From: Polyangiaceae bacterium
GTDB taxonomy: Bacteria; Myxococcota_A; Polyangia; Polyangiales; Polyangiaceae
Length of the DNA: 64,000 nucleotides
Direction of reading: 5' to 3'
Assembly (NCBI GenBank): GCA_965222375.1
Contig: CBDCTZ010000016.1
Coordinates: 384,001 to 448,000 of the forward strand
A program made the translations under genes and the position numbers. Numbering within the stretch: position 1 is the first letter of the stretch; the number at the start of each line of letters is the position of its first letter. Under the pieces are notes generated by a model. The model saw only the letters and a list, made by a program, of their open reading frames with translations. It searched no databases and had not been told where the DNA came from. Below, piece by piece: positions 29,592 through 38,582 of this stretch.

Positions 29592-30605
29592 CTACTCTGG
29601 CATCGTCGCGTCGACGGCTCTCTGGATGTCCTGGTCGATGCGTCCGTAGTGGGCGATGCGAACGTCCAGCTCGCGATTGCGCATAAGCGACAAGGCGCGA
29701 CGGATGGCGCTGGCGATCCAGCGCTTGTCGTTGCCGAAGGCGCCGCCACCGAGAAAGGTGAGCCATACCTTGCCGGAGCCGCGGCCCCGTTCTGCATCGA
29801 GGGTGGCGGCCAAGAGCGTCGCTTCGTAGGCCGCATCGAGGACGAGCGTTGCGAGGGGTTCCCAGAGCTCGAGGCCACCGCCGGTGTAGCCACACGGCAG
29901 CGCAGAGCAGAACGCTTGAGAGACTCGCGACGGCTGCTGTGGCTCGACGAATCGCCGCTCGAAGGTGACGCCGACGTCCCGATGCAAGCCGATCTTCACA
30001 TGACCGAGCAACTCATCGCGATCGAACTTCGCTAGCGCAGCGGCAAGCCGCTCCAAGCGGCTCACGTCCGAGAAGGTGTAGCCGTTCCTGATCTCCACGC
30101 AGCTTCCGTCCGGCCCCAAGCACGCTTGCACTTGGTCGAGGTTGTTCAGTTGACGATCCCGCGTCTGTCCCATGGCGCCGTCCACTTCCACGAAGTAGTT
30201 GCGCACCACCGTTGCAGCCCCAGCTGCGAGAGCGCAGGCAGGGCCCTGGGTTGGGTCGTCGTCATATTGCGTGACGCCGTCCTCGGGCAGCTCTTCGGGT
30301 CCAGCGAACTCCAAGCAATTGAACTGCGAGGCCGCTTGAAACATGGCGCCTTCGTTTTCCGGCAAGGCGTGTAACTCCAACACGTCCCCGATGGCTTCGT
30401 GCTGCACCCGCAGCCGACCTTTGCGAAGGCCAGTGGCGCCCGCACGCAATGCTGCCAAGGAGGGCGTCGAGAAATGACCGGCTGAAAAGGCCCGACCGTT
30501 CACCGTGGAGCGGAGCTGGTCACCCTCCAGCACGAAGCGCCCCTGCGTTTCCTGATAAGGCCCCTCGCGAAACCCGAACAGCTGCTCGAACCAAGTCACG
30601 CCCAC
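29592..30605 (-). CDS. Conserved hypothetical protein, putative macrodomain/PARG-like fold
   Basis: FQAASQFNCLE, DPTQGPACA and LTFLGGGAFGN (GxGxFG loop). TAGGAT lies 7 nt before the GTG start. Confidence 0.6.
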   Translation of the reverse strand: MGVTWFEQLFGFREGPYQETQGRFVLEGDQLRSTVNGRAFSAGHFSTPSLAALRAGATGLRKGRLRVQHEAIGDVLELHALPENEGAMFQAASQFNCLEFAGPEELPEDGVTQYDDDPTQGPACALAAGAATVVRNYFVEVDGAMGQTRDRQLNNLDQVQACLGPDGSCVEIRNGYTFSDVSRLERLAAALAKFDRDELLGHVKIGLHRDVGVTFERRFVEPQQPSRVSQAFCSALPCGYTGGGLELWEPLATLVLDAAYEATLLAATLDAERGRGSGKVWLTFLGGGAFGNDKRWIASAIRRALSLMRNRELDVRIAHYGRIDQDIQRAVDATMPE

Positions 30606-30657
30606 GGGTCGAATCCTAGCTCAGGCGGGCACCGGGAAGCTCGTCGCTTTGGGGAAC

Positions 30658-31449
30658 TCAGGGTTTCCGTGTCAGCTGCTCTTCGAGCTGTCGTACGCGT
30701 CGCTCGAGGTCGGCCTGCGCTGCGTGCGCTTGTCGTTCGGCTTCGCGCCCCTCCCGTTCCGCGGCTTGCGCCTCCAGGCGTGCTTCGCGCTCGGCGAGTC
30801 GCGCGTCCCGCTCGGCGCGTTGGGACTCTTCCGGCGAGAGCCAACGTCTGCTGCCCGCCGCATCGTCGCTCAGAACGACGCCCTGGGGCGTTACCCGCAC
30901 GCAGGCGTCGATGGTCGGCGAACGATACGCGTCGCCAGCGTACACGCGCGTGAAGCTGCCATGTTCGTCTATCCGCCACACCTGTAGCAAATGCGGTCCG
31001 CCGAAGCGCGCGGGCCCTGAGAGCTCGGCGTCGATCACCCAGAGCTCGCTCACGCCGCAGTCGGCGTAGCGCTCTTGGATATCCATGTAGTCCTCGTAGG
31101 GATGGGACTCGCTCACGACCTCGATCGCCAGAGACGGCACCGCATGCCCCGGTTTCCAGGTGCACAGGCTCTTCAACTTCCGAGCATCCGGTGGCGCAGG
31201 CTCGATCAACGCCACATCTGGATCGAGCCCGACGCGCGGATGCTCCTCCATCCAACGCAGAGCCAGATTTCGAACCACCAGAGCGTCGCGCTTCTCGCGC
31301 TCGACCCAAGCGGTGAGCAATGCCACCAGGTACGTGACGAGCAAGTCGTGGGCGTGGGACTCGGGCACCGGAACCTCGGGCAGCACCCAAGCGTCCGCCC
31401 GCGGCGTTAGCCGGTAGGAAAGTTCGATCAGTCGCGGCTCGCTCACCAT
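30658..31449 (-). CDS. Uma2 (DUF820) family endonuclease-like protein, copy 2
   Basis: Close paralog of 25527-26258 (MVSEPR.IELSYRL...LDPDVALIEPAPPD...IEVVSESHPY) with a longer coiled-coil tail. Confidence 0.85.
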   Translation of the reverse strand: MVSEPRLIELSYRLTPRADAWVLPEVPVPESHAHDLLVTYLVALLTAWVEREKRDALVVRNLALRWMEEHPRVGLDPDVALIEPAPPDARKLKSLCTWKPGHAVPSLAIEVVSESHPYEDYMDIQERYADCGVSELWVIDAELSGPARFGGPHLLQVWRIDEHGSFTRVYAGDAYRSPTIDACVRVTPQGVVLSDDAAGSRRWLSPEESQRAERDARLAEREARLEAQAAEREGREAERQAHAAQADLERRVRQLEEQLTRKP

Positions 31450-31490
31450 GTCAGTGTACCGCGCGCGGAGGGCGCTGCTAGCCTCGCCTT

Positions 31491-31506
31491 TGCAGCGGAC
31501 GTGCCG
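31491..31506 (-). promoter_or_regulatory. Putative sigma54 -24/-12 promoter upstream of Uma2 copy 2
   Basis: Minus strand CGGCACG-TCCG-CTGCA, 42 nt from the ATG as in copy 1. Confidence 0.45.
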
Positions 31507-32090
31507 ATCCTGCGCGGACCCACAAAACCGGTTCTTCATGGGCGTTGAGGACGGTTGTCGCGTGGCGCCACGCGAATCTCGCCACTTGGCGGGTCGCCAG
31601 CACGGCAAGGGGAGCGGGGTCGCTGCCGTCTCGCTTGCGCTGCTGCGGGGCCGAGCAGCGCTGCCGCTGGAGGCCATTCGCGAGAAGTTCTGTTTCGTTT
31701 CGCAATGGGCCCAGCGCAAAACGGACTGGTGTTGCCGCCTGCCGCCAGGCAAGTTGCGGAGCGTGGCGGTCATTTTTGGGATCCTGCTGTTCGTCAATGT
31801 CGGCATGCCCGTGGGTTGGGTCGTGTGGATGCGGCGGCCGCGGGATCCGAGCAATGCAAGCAGCTTGGCAGCGTCGCCGTCCCCAGCCTTCGCCTACGCC
31901 CAGGAGCGCACAAGCCCTACCAAACGTGCAAGTCGATGACGGCGGCATCCGGCATATGCGCCCGGGGCCCAACTTGGCAGACGGGCCCCTTTTTGGACTT
32001 CGTTGCGGGCTCTTTCTTGCGTTCTTGGGCGCTGGATGGTCTGGGAGCAGTACCAATGCGCCGCCAGACTACTCTTGCTATGTTGTGCAA

Positions 32091-33044
32091 ATGGGAACGG
32101 GTTCGGGGTGGCGAGCACTCGTCGGTGTGGCGCTGGGGCTGGCCATGGCGGCGTGCTCCCTGACGAATCTCGACGATCTGAAGGGGGCAGGAGGGCCCGA
32201 TGCAGGCGGGGGGACAGGCGGCAGTGCAGGAGCAGGTACGGGAGGCGGTTCGGACGGAGGCAGTTGCGTCCCCCTGAGCTGTGCCGATGTTGCCGCAGAG
32301 TGCGGCAAGATCACCGATGGCTGTGGTGGCATCGTCGATTGTGGTGGTTGCGCGAGTTCCAAATTCTGTGGAGGCGCTGGTCCGAACAAGTGCGGAGACA
32401 CACCGTGTGTGCCTGCGACGTGCGCGGCGGCAAATGCCGAGTGCGGTGGTCTCGGAGACGGCTGCGGAGACATCCTGGATTGCGGGACCTGCTCCTCCCC
32501 CACGCCCGTCTGCAACACTTCGAACAAGTGCACGACGGGCGCCTGCACGCCGACGACCTGCCAGGCCGCGAGCGCCGAGTGCGGCACTTTGGCGGATGGC
32601 TGCGGTAAGGCCCTCGATTGCGGCATGTGTAGCGGTTCCAAAGCCCAGTGCGTTGCCAACCGATGCGTCTGCGATGTCGACAGCTGCGCCTCCCTCGGCT
32701 TGAACTGCGGCGCGGCTGCGGACGGTTGCGGAAAGACGCTGAACTGCGGGACCTGTACGGGCAAGGAAAGCTGCGTCTCCGGAAGCTGCCAAGATGTCGT
32801 CACAACAGCCTGTGGGGCATGCCCCGCTGGTTTCACCAGCGCGGCGACGGCTCCAGATCCCGCGTGCGGACCCGTAGGCGGGGTCTGCCCTGCGGTGAAT
32901 ATCCGGAGCCTATGTGTCAAGGCCGGGGTGGCGTCGCAGGCATACTGCGGCCCTGGCTCTTGCCCGCCGGGAACACACCTTGGGCTGAGCACATTCCATT
33001 GCGCTTGCGGGAGCAACCAGATTCACCTCTGCGTTGCGGACTGA
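32091..33044 (+). CDS. Cys-rich repeat lipoprotein
   Basis: Lipobox MAAC and four C.P..C.....CG...DGCG....CG.C-type repeats. TATGTT lies 6 nt before ATG 32091. Confidence 0.8.
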   Translation: MGTGSGWRALVGVALGLAMAACSLTNLDDLKGAGGPDAGGGTGGSAGAGTGGGSDGGSCVPLSCADVAAECGKITDGCGGIVDCGGCASSKFCGGAGPNKCGDTPCVPATCAAANAECGGLGDGCGDILDCGTCSSPTPVCNTSNKCTTGACTPTTCQAASAECGTLADGCGKALDCGMCSGSKAQCVANRCVCDVDSCASLGLNCGAAADGCGKTLNCGTCTGKESCVSGSCQDVVTTACGACPAGFTSAATAPDPACGPVGGVCPAVNIRSLCVKAGVASQAYCGPGSCPPGTHLGLSTFHCACGSNQIHLCVAD

Positions 33045-33242
33045 AGCTCCGCTTGAAGACCGCACGCCATCGCATCGCTCTCGGCGCACCGTGCGCTCTG
33101 GTCCGGAGGTCGATGACGGCAAGATCCGCCACATCCCCCATAAACAACCCTGAGGAGGCGAGCCCAACCTCCGCTGGCGCGCTGGCGACGGTGCCGCTGG
33201 CGCGTGCACGATTGCCACTCTTCCGCTGACCACTGGTGACGG

Positions 33243-33758
33243 TCAACGCGCGAGGCGCTGCAGCGCTTCGTCGATGTCGCCGGGGGGCACGCCGAGGGAG
33301 GCGAGGATGGCGGTGCCGTGGATGAGGTTGCGGGCTGAGGGCCAGCGTTGTTCGCTGCCACCGAACTGGCTCCAGGCGTCGCGGAGGAGAGCCCATACCG
33401 GCGCGAGGGTCTTGGACGACGCTTTGCCCCGGTTGACGCTGAGGCTGAATTCGGGCGAGCGGGTGGCGGCGAAGTGGACGTAGGCTCGAGCGAGGGGGAG
33501 GAAGTTGGAGCGACGTTGCGTCCGCGCTGCGGCTTGATTCATGGTGGCCAGCAGGTCTTCGGCGATCTCGATAGCGACGGCGCGCATCAGCGCCTGTCGG
33601 CTTTCGAAGTGGCGATACGGGGCGGCGGAGGAGACCCCGGCGTCTCTAGCCACATCCCGCAACGACAAGTCGGTCTCACCTGCCGCGATGCTGCGCTTTG
33701 CGGCGGCCAAGAGTGCTCGACGCAAATCTCCGTGGTGGTAGTTTTCCCGGGCTGGCAC
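33243..33758 (-). CDS. TetR/AcrR family transcriptional regulator (YHHGDLR subfamily)
   Basis: YHHGDLRRALL and LSLRDVARDAGVSSAAPYRHF helix-turn-helix. Confidence 0.9.
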   Translation of the reverse strand: MPARENYHHGDLRRALLAAAKRSIAAGETDLSLRDVARDAGVSSAAPYRHFESRQALMRAVAIEIAEDLLATMNQAAARTQRRSNFLPLARAYVHFAATRSPEFSLSVNRGKASSKTLAPVWALLRDAWSQFGGSEQRWPSARNLIHGTAILASLGVPPGDIDEALQRLAR

Positions 33759-33766
33759 GGTTCAGC

Positions 33767-33787
33767 AATGTTATCACTGTTTACATT
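33767..33787. promoter_or_regulatory. Palindromic operator, probably bound by the adjacent TetR
   Basis: AATGTTATCACTGTTTACATT, an imperfect AT-rich inverted repeat just upstream of the tetR start in the divergent intergenic gap. Confidence 0.65.
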
Positions 33788-33828
33788 CGTAACCAAGCCC
33801 CGAGCGATGAGCGTAGAGCAAACAATAG

Positions 33829-34293
33829 ATGCGTAGCGGACTCCTAGCCCTGGCCTTTGTGGCGGCCGCGTGCAGCAGCGACAGTTCGAATTCCGGCGGC
33901 GCGGGCGGTGGCGCGGGCTCCACGTCCGGCGCGTGCGGTGGCCGCGCGGAGACTTACTTCGCGGGTATCAGCAAAGACGGGACCGAAGGCAGGTACAAGT
34001 TCACGCTCACGACTGCAGATCCGGCTCCGCCGCAATTGTTCGACAATACCTGGCGTGTGAAGGTGGAGAGTGGCGGACAGCCCTTGGACAACGCTGAGCT
34101 ATCCGTGAAGACCTGGATGCCCGATCACCAGCATGGCAGTCCGAAGCGGACAGACATCGTGGAGATGTCCGGCGGAGAGTATGAACTGAAGCCGGTGAAC
34201 CTGTTCATGCCCGGCTTCTGGGAAATCCACATCACAGCCGCGCGTGACAATCAGGAAGATGATGCGATCTTCAAGTTCTGTATCGGGGAGTAG
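33829..34293 (+). CDS. YtkA/FixH-like Ig-fold lipoprotein (possible metal binding)
   Basis: Lipobox AAAC; motifs WMPDHQHGS and LFMPGFWEI. Confidence 0.75.
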   Translation: MRSGLLALAFVAAACSSDSSNSGGAGGGAGSTSGACGGRAETYFAGISKDGTEGRYKFTLTTADPAPPQLFDNTWRVKVESGGQPLDNAELSVKTWMPDHQHGSPKRTDIVEMSGGEYELKPVNLFMPGFWEIHITAARDNQEDDAIFKFCIGE

Positions 34294-34425
34294 TCCCGCG
34301 GCCGCGGCTGTGGGCGCGCCCCAGCGCGAAAATACGAACCCGCTTGCCCAAAAACCGGTCGCGTGGCCGAGATTTTCGGCACGGGATCCAGCGCATCGGC
34401 GGTTCTGTAGTAGATTCACGGATCC

Positions 34426-35868
34426 ATGACCGCGCCTGGCAGCTTGCCGAACGGAACCCGGCTGGGTCGCTACCGGATTGAGCGACGTATCGGTTCTGGT
34501 GGCATGGGTGAAGTGTTTGAAGCGGTTCACACTGGGCTGAAGAAACGCGTCGCGGTCAAGGTGCTGAAAGAGAGAGAATGCGCCGATGATCGAGCACGGG
34601 CCCGCTTCCTTCGTGAGGGCGAGAATGCGTCGCGGATCCGCCACCCGAACGTGGTGGACATCACGGACGTCGGTGAAGGCGATGGCCGGCCTTACTTGGT
34701 CATGGAGCTGCTCGAGGGCGAGCCCCTGTCGGCGCGGCTCAAGGGGGGGCCGCTAGCAGAGGGCGCAGCGGTTACGGTGGTGCTTGCCGCGTGCGCGGCA
34801 GTGGCGGCCGCTCATCGCGAAGGCATCATCCATCGAGATCTCAAGCCGGACAACATCTTCATGGCGCGGTCGGCCGGCGACAAAGTTGTCACCAAGGTCC
34901 TCGATTTCGGGATCTCGAAGGCACTGAATGAAGATGTTCCGGATCTGACGGTGACGAGTGCGTTCCTTGGCAGTCCTTACTACGTCTCCCCAGAACTAGC
35001 TCGTGGGGAGCGGGACGTCGACGCCCGCGCCGATCAATACTCGCTTGGGGTGATTCTATTCGAGATGCTGTCCGGCATGCGCCCGCATCACGAGCACACC
35101 GAAACGTTGATGGCGCTATTACACGCGGTTGCAGCGGGGCGCTACACGCCGCTCCGCGAGGCCAATCCCGACGTGTCGGAGGAGCTCGCCGCAATCGTCG
35201 AGCGTGCGATGGAAAACGACCCCGAGGCACGCTTCGCGTCCGTGCGCGAGTTCGCGGCGCAGCTCGTCCCGTTTGCTCCGGAAGCAATCCAGCAACAATG
35301 GAGTGACTATTTCGATCGGGACGAGGCGCCGCCACCCTCCTTCGAAGCCCAAGCGAGGACCTTGGCCACGGAAACGACCGACGAGTTGCTCGCACCGACT
35401 ATCGCGGAATCCGCGCTTCAGCCGACGCTTCAGGGCACGTTCTCGGCTGCGCGGACCGCCACGCGGGCATCCAAGCGGAATCAGTGGCTGGGGCTTGCCG
35501 TGGTCGGGGTGGGGGTTGCCGTCACGGTCTGGTTTTTCGCAACCCGGCCCCCTGCGACCCCCGCGGGAGCGGCGGCGCCGGAGTCGTCGCCCTCTAGTCC
35601 AGCGCTCACGAGCGAAGCTCCAACCGTCGCGCCTTCCGTAGCTGAACCGCCGGCCGTGGAGCCGAAGGATCAGGACGCGAGTGCGGTCGCTCAAAAACCG
35701 ACGCCAAAGCGTCCGCCCACCGCGGCAGTCCGGCCACCGACCTCACCTACCTCCACTCCCACGCCCGCAGTTTCCGCACCTCCACCGGCCTCGCTGCAGC
35801 CGAAAGTGGATCCCCCGCCCGACAAACCCAGTTCGACGACTGATAACATCGACCCGTGGGCTCAATGA
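34426..35868 (+). CDS. Hanks-type Ser/Thr protein kinase, membrane anchored
   Basis: GSGGMG, VAVKVL, HRDLKPDN, DFGISK, GSPYYVSPE, then a transmembrane helix and Pro-rich tail. Confidence 0.95.
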   Translation: MTAPGSLPNGTRLGRYRIERRIGSGGMGEVFEAVHTGLKKRVAVKVLKERECADDRARARFLREGENASRIRHPNVVDITDVGEGDGRPYLVMELLEGEPLSARLKGGPLAEGAAVTVVLAACAAVAAAHREGIIHRDLKPDNIFMARSAGDKVVTKVLDFGISKALNEDVPDLTVTSAFLGSPYYVSPELARGERDVDARADQYSLGVILFEMLSGMRPHHEHTETLMALLHAVAAGRYTPLREANPDVSEELAAIVERAMENDPEARFASVREFAAQLVPFAPEAIQQQWSDYFDRDEAPPPSFEAQARTLATETTDELLAPTIAESALQPTLQGTFSAARTATRASKRNQWLGLAVVGVGVAVTVWFFATRPPATPAGAAAPESSPSSPALTSEAPTVAPSVAEPPAVEPKDQDASAVAQKPTPKRPPTAAVRPPTSPTSTPTPAVSAPPPASLQPKVDPPPDKPSSTTDNIDPWAQ

Positions 35869-36698
35869 CGGTCGGTCTGCCGCGCGTGCTCAGGGTCGTT
35901 CCCTGGCTGCTGCTACCCGCTGTTGCAATGGCGCAACAGGCGCCGCCGGATACCAGCGCTACGCCGGATGGCGACGCCACGAAGCCTTCCGCGCCGGCCG
36001 AAGACCCAGCGGACAAGCAAGCAAGAGACCTGTATCGCCGCGGTGATCGCGCCTACGCCGAGGGCGCCTACGAGGCCGCTTTGCGTGACTTTTCCGAGGC
36101 ATACCGCCTCAGCGGGCGTAGCGCGCTGCTGTTCAATATGGCGAATGCGCACGAGCGCCTAGGACAGTTCAAGGAAGCCCTCAGCGCTCTCGAACGCTAT
36201 CTGCCAGATGCGGGCTCACGCGAGGCACTCGTGCGCAAACGCATCAAAGGGTTGCAGGCTCGCATCCGGAAGATCGAGAAGAAACGCCGCGAAGAAGAAC
36301 GCCGTCGCCAGGAGCAGAACGCTGCCGCGGCCACGCCCAAGGACGAACCTGTGTCGCAACCTTGGCTTGGTTACGGCTTGCTCGGTGTGGGTGCGGTTGG
36401 GGTCGGGCTGGGGACCTACTTCGCGCTGAGTGCGTCATCCGCCCGCCAAGATGCCGATGAGTTGTGCGCCGGTGACCCACCGGTGTGTCCGCGTGAGGCC
36501 GAGGATGCTGTCTCGCGCGACGATCGGAACTCGGTTTTCGCGGACGTTGGCTGGGGCGTTGGCCTGACTGCCGCGGCCGTCGGCCTGTACTTGGTCATCA
36601 CCCACGACCCCAAGCCGGAAAAGGCGGTATCCAGTCCGGTGGCGGTCGTGCCAGGTGGAAAACAAGGAACTCGGATAGTGTTCAGTGGCGCGTTTTAG
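35865..36698 (+). CDS. Secreted tetratricopeptide repeat protein
   Basis: Signal peptide, TPR (ARDLYRRGDRAY...LLFNMANAHERLG) and C-terminal hydrophobic segments. ATGA overlap with the kinase. Confidence 0.85.
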   Translation: MTVGLPRVLRVVPWLLLPAVAMAQQAPPDTSATPDGDATKPSAPAEDPADKQARDLYRRGDRAYAEGAYEAALRDFSEAYRLSGRSALLFNMANAHERLGQFKEALSALERYLPDAGSREALVRKRIKGLQARIRKIEKKRREEERRRQEQNAAAATPKDEPVSQPWLGYGLLGVGAVGVGLGTYFALSASSARQDADELCAGDPPVCPREAEDAVSRDDRNSVFADVGWGVGLTAAAVGLYLVITHDPKPEKAVSSPVAVVPGGKQGTRIVFSGAF

Positions 36699-38109
36699 CA
36701 AATGGATCACGCTGGGTGCACTCGCGGCACCGCTAGCCTTCGCTGTGCCGGGTTGCTCGCTGACGAAGTTCGACGAAAAAGCCTGCGATTCGACGAGCCA
36801 ATGCCGTCAGCGCTTCGGCTTCGGCGCCGTTTGTGCTTCCGATGGCTTCTGTGATCCCCCAAAGGTGTTGCCCCGCTGTTCCACTACCTATCCCGACGAC
36901 TTGTTTACCCGACCGCTGAAGTATCGGAACGCCGTCGTGCTCGGCACGATGTTCGACCCGACTGAGGACAAGCAACTGGGCAGGCAACAAGCGGCGAGGT
37001 TGGCTGCGCTGCAGATCAACGACGGGGAGGGATTCCCAAATGGCCCAGCGGCCCTCGTGATGTGCAGCATCGAGCATAACCACGGCGGTGACGATTTGGA
37101 TGCGGCCGCCGCGATCGACCTGATCAGCGGGTTTTTGACGCGGACGCTTGGCGTGCACGCGATCATCGGACCATCGTCTTCAGCGGACACAAAACGAGTG
37201 TTCGAGGTGACGCAGACCGAGGCGCCGCTGATCATCTCTCCCTCAGCCACGAGCCCAGAACTCACTGAGCTGGAGCCGACTCCGACGGATCAATCGCCCG
37301 GGCGGCTTTGGCGGACGGCGTCGCCGGACACGGTGCAGGGGCCGGTCATCGCGTCGGACATGACGGACCGCGGAGTGTCTCAGGTGGCCGTCGTGTACCA
37401 GGAAGGGGCGTACGGTTCCGGGCTGCTGCAGGTATTCAAGGAATCCTTTGCCGGCGCCGTGGAAGAGTTTCCATTCAAGAATGCCGGCACCCGCGCCGAG
37501 GCGATCCAGAAGGCCAAGACCGCCACCAAGGATGAGGTCCTGTTCATCTCTTCGGTGACGGCTGACTCGGTCGCTTTTTTGGTCGCAGCGGCAGCGCCCA
37601 CGGGCGGGTTGGCGCAGGTTGGGCTCTTCCTAACCGACGGCGCGGCGACGCAAGCCTTGCTCGATCCCAATGCCAAGCCAGCCTTTTCGCGCGTGCGCGG
37701 GACTCGACCCAAACCTCTCGATCCAGCCGACTTCAATTATGGCACGTTCCTGAACGGCTTCCAGGGCGAATACGGTACGAACCCGCAAGCTCTGTCATTC
37801 ACGGCGCACGCCTACGACGCGGCGTTCCTGGCGTTTGCAGGATCAGCCTGGGCACTCGCGCAAGAGTCGGAGCTCAGCGGCGTGGGCATCGCCCGCGGGC
37901 TCCGTCGGGTGAGCCAAGGGGCGGCGACCAACATCACTGTGAGCGCGTGGCAGTCGGTCGTCACCGCGTTCGCTAAGGGCGACAGCATTGACTTGAGCGG
38001 AGCGTCCGGAACCCTGGATTATGATCCAGCTACCGAAGAACTCAGCGACCCGGTGGAGATCTGGGTGATCTCGAATGACGCAAACCGAAAAATAGTTCCG
38101 GCCAACTGA
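36685..38109 (+). CDS. Periplasmic ligand-binding lipoprotein (LivJ/branched-chain amino acid type) with Cys-rich N-terminus
   Basis: Lipobox VPGC; AIIGPSSS, ISPSATSPELT, WRTASPDTVQG, AYGSGL, HAYDA and GASGTLDYD motifs. Confidence 0.85.
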   Translation: MARFSKWITLGALAAPLAFAVPGCSLTKFDEKACDSTSQCRQRFGFGAVCASDGFCDPPKVLPRCSTTYPDDLFTRPLKYRNAVVLGTMFDPTEDKQLGRQQAARLAALQINDGEGFPNGPAALVMCSIEHNHGGDDLDAAAAIDLISGFLTRTLGVHAIIGPSSSADTKRVFEVTQTEAPLIISPSATSPELTELEPTPTDQSPGRLWRTASPDTVQGPVIASDMTDRGVSQVAVVYQEGAYGSGLLQVFKESFAGAVEEFPFKNAGTRAEAIQKAKTATKDEVLFISSVTADSVAFLVAAAAPTGGLAQVGLFLTDGAATQALLDPNAKPAFSRVRGTRPKPLDPADFNYGTFLNGFQGEYGTNPQALSFTAHAYDAAFLAFAGSAWALAQESELSGVGIARGLRRVSQGAATNITVSAWQSVVTAFAKGDSIDLSGASGTLDYDPATEELSDPVEIWVISNDANRKIVPAN

Positions 38110-38160
38110 GCCGAGTGCTTGGGGAGGGGTGACGCGCCGCCGATCTGCTATAGCAGCAGC

Positions 38161-38565
38161 ATGCGCGCCGCGGTGTTGTTTGCGCTTCTCTTGCCCGGGT
38201 GTAGCTCGGAGCCCGAGGAGACCATGCCCGCGTGCTTCGATGTTCCGGCCAGCTGCGCGCCGCTGTATCAGCCTGTTTTCGACGAGATCCACAAGCGCAC
38301 CTTGGTCCCGACTTGCGCGCAGGGTGGCGCATCCTGCCATTCGGATGAAGGTAAGAGGGGTGGCTTGGCCCTGGAAGATGTGGATGCCGCCTATACGGCG
38401 CTTGTGGATGGTGGCCGTGTGAACGCCGGGGATGCACCTTGCAGCGAGATGATCGTGCGCACCCACCAGAACGGGAAAGATTGGTCGATGCCGCCGCGGC
38501 GGCCTTTATCCGCAGAGGAGCGCTGCGTGCTTCGGCGTTGGGTGGAGCAGGGCGCCAAACGGTGA
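38161..38565 (+). CDS. Small c-type cytochrome-like lipoprotein (atypical CX6CH)
   Basis: Lipobox LPGC; TCAQGGASCH, distal SMPP and WVEQGA. Confidence 0.65.
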   Translation: MRAAVLFALLLPGCSSEPEETMPACFDVPASCAPLYQPVFDEIHKRTLVPTCAQGGASCHSDEGKRGGLALEDVDAAYTALVDGGRVNAGDAPCSEMIVRTHQNGKDWSMPPRRPLSAEERCVLRRWVEQGAKR

Positions 38566-38582
38566 GGCGCGTAGAGCAAGCG

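Noticed and set aside
25527..31508. Composite transposon or prophage
   Set aside because: No transposase, integrase, terminal inverted repeats, target duplication or phage genes were seen.
31538..31939. Possible small membrane protein ORF between Uma2 copy 2 and the Cys-rich lipoprotein
   Set aside because: One hydrophobic stretch, but no clear start signal or family motif; may be a gene remnant and cannot be supported.
33752..33767. Sigma54-like TGGCACG...GC near the tetR start
   Set aside because: GG-to-GC spacing is one base short, and it overlaps the tetR start codon.
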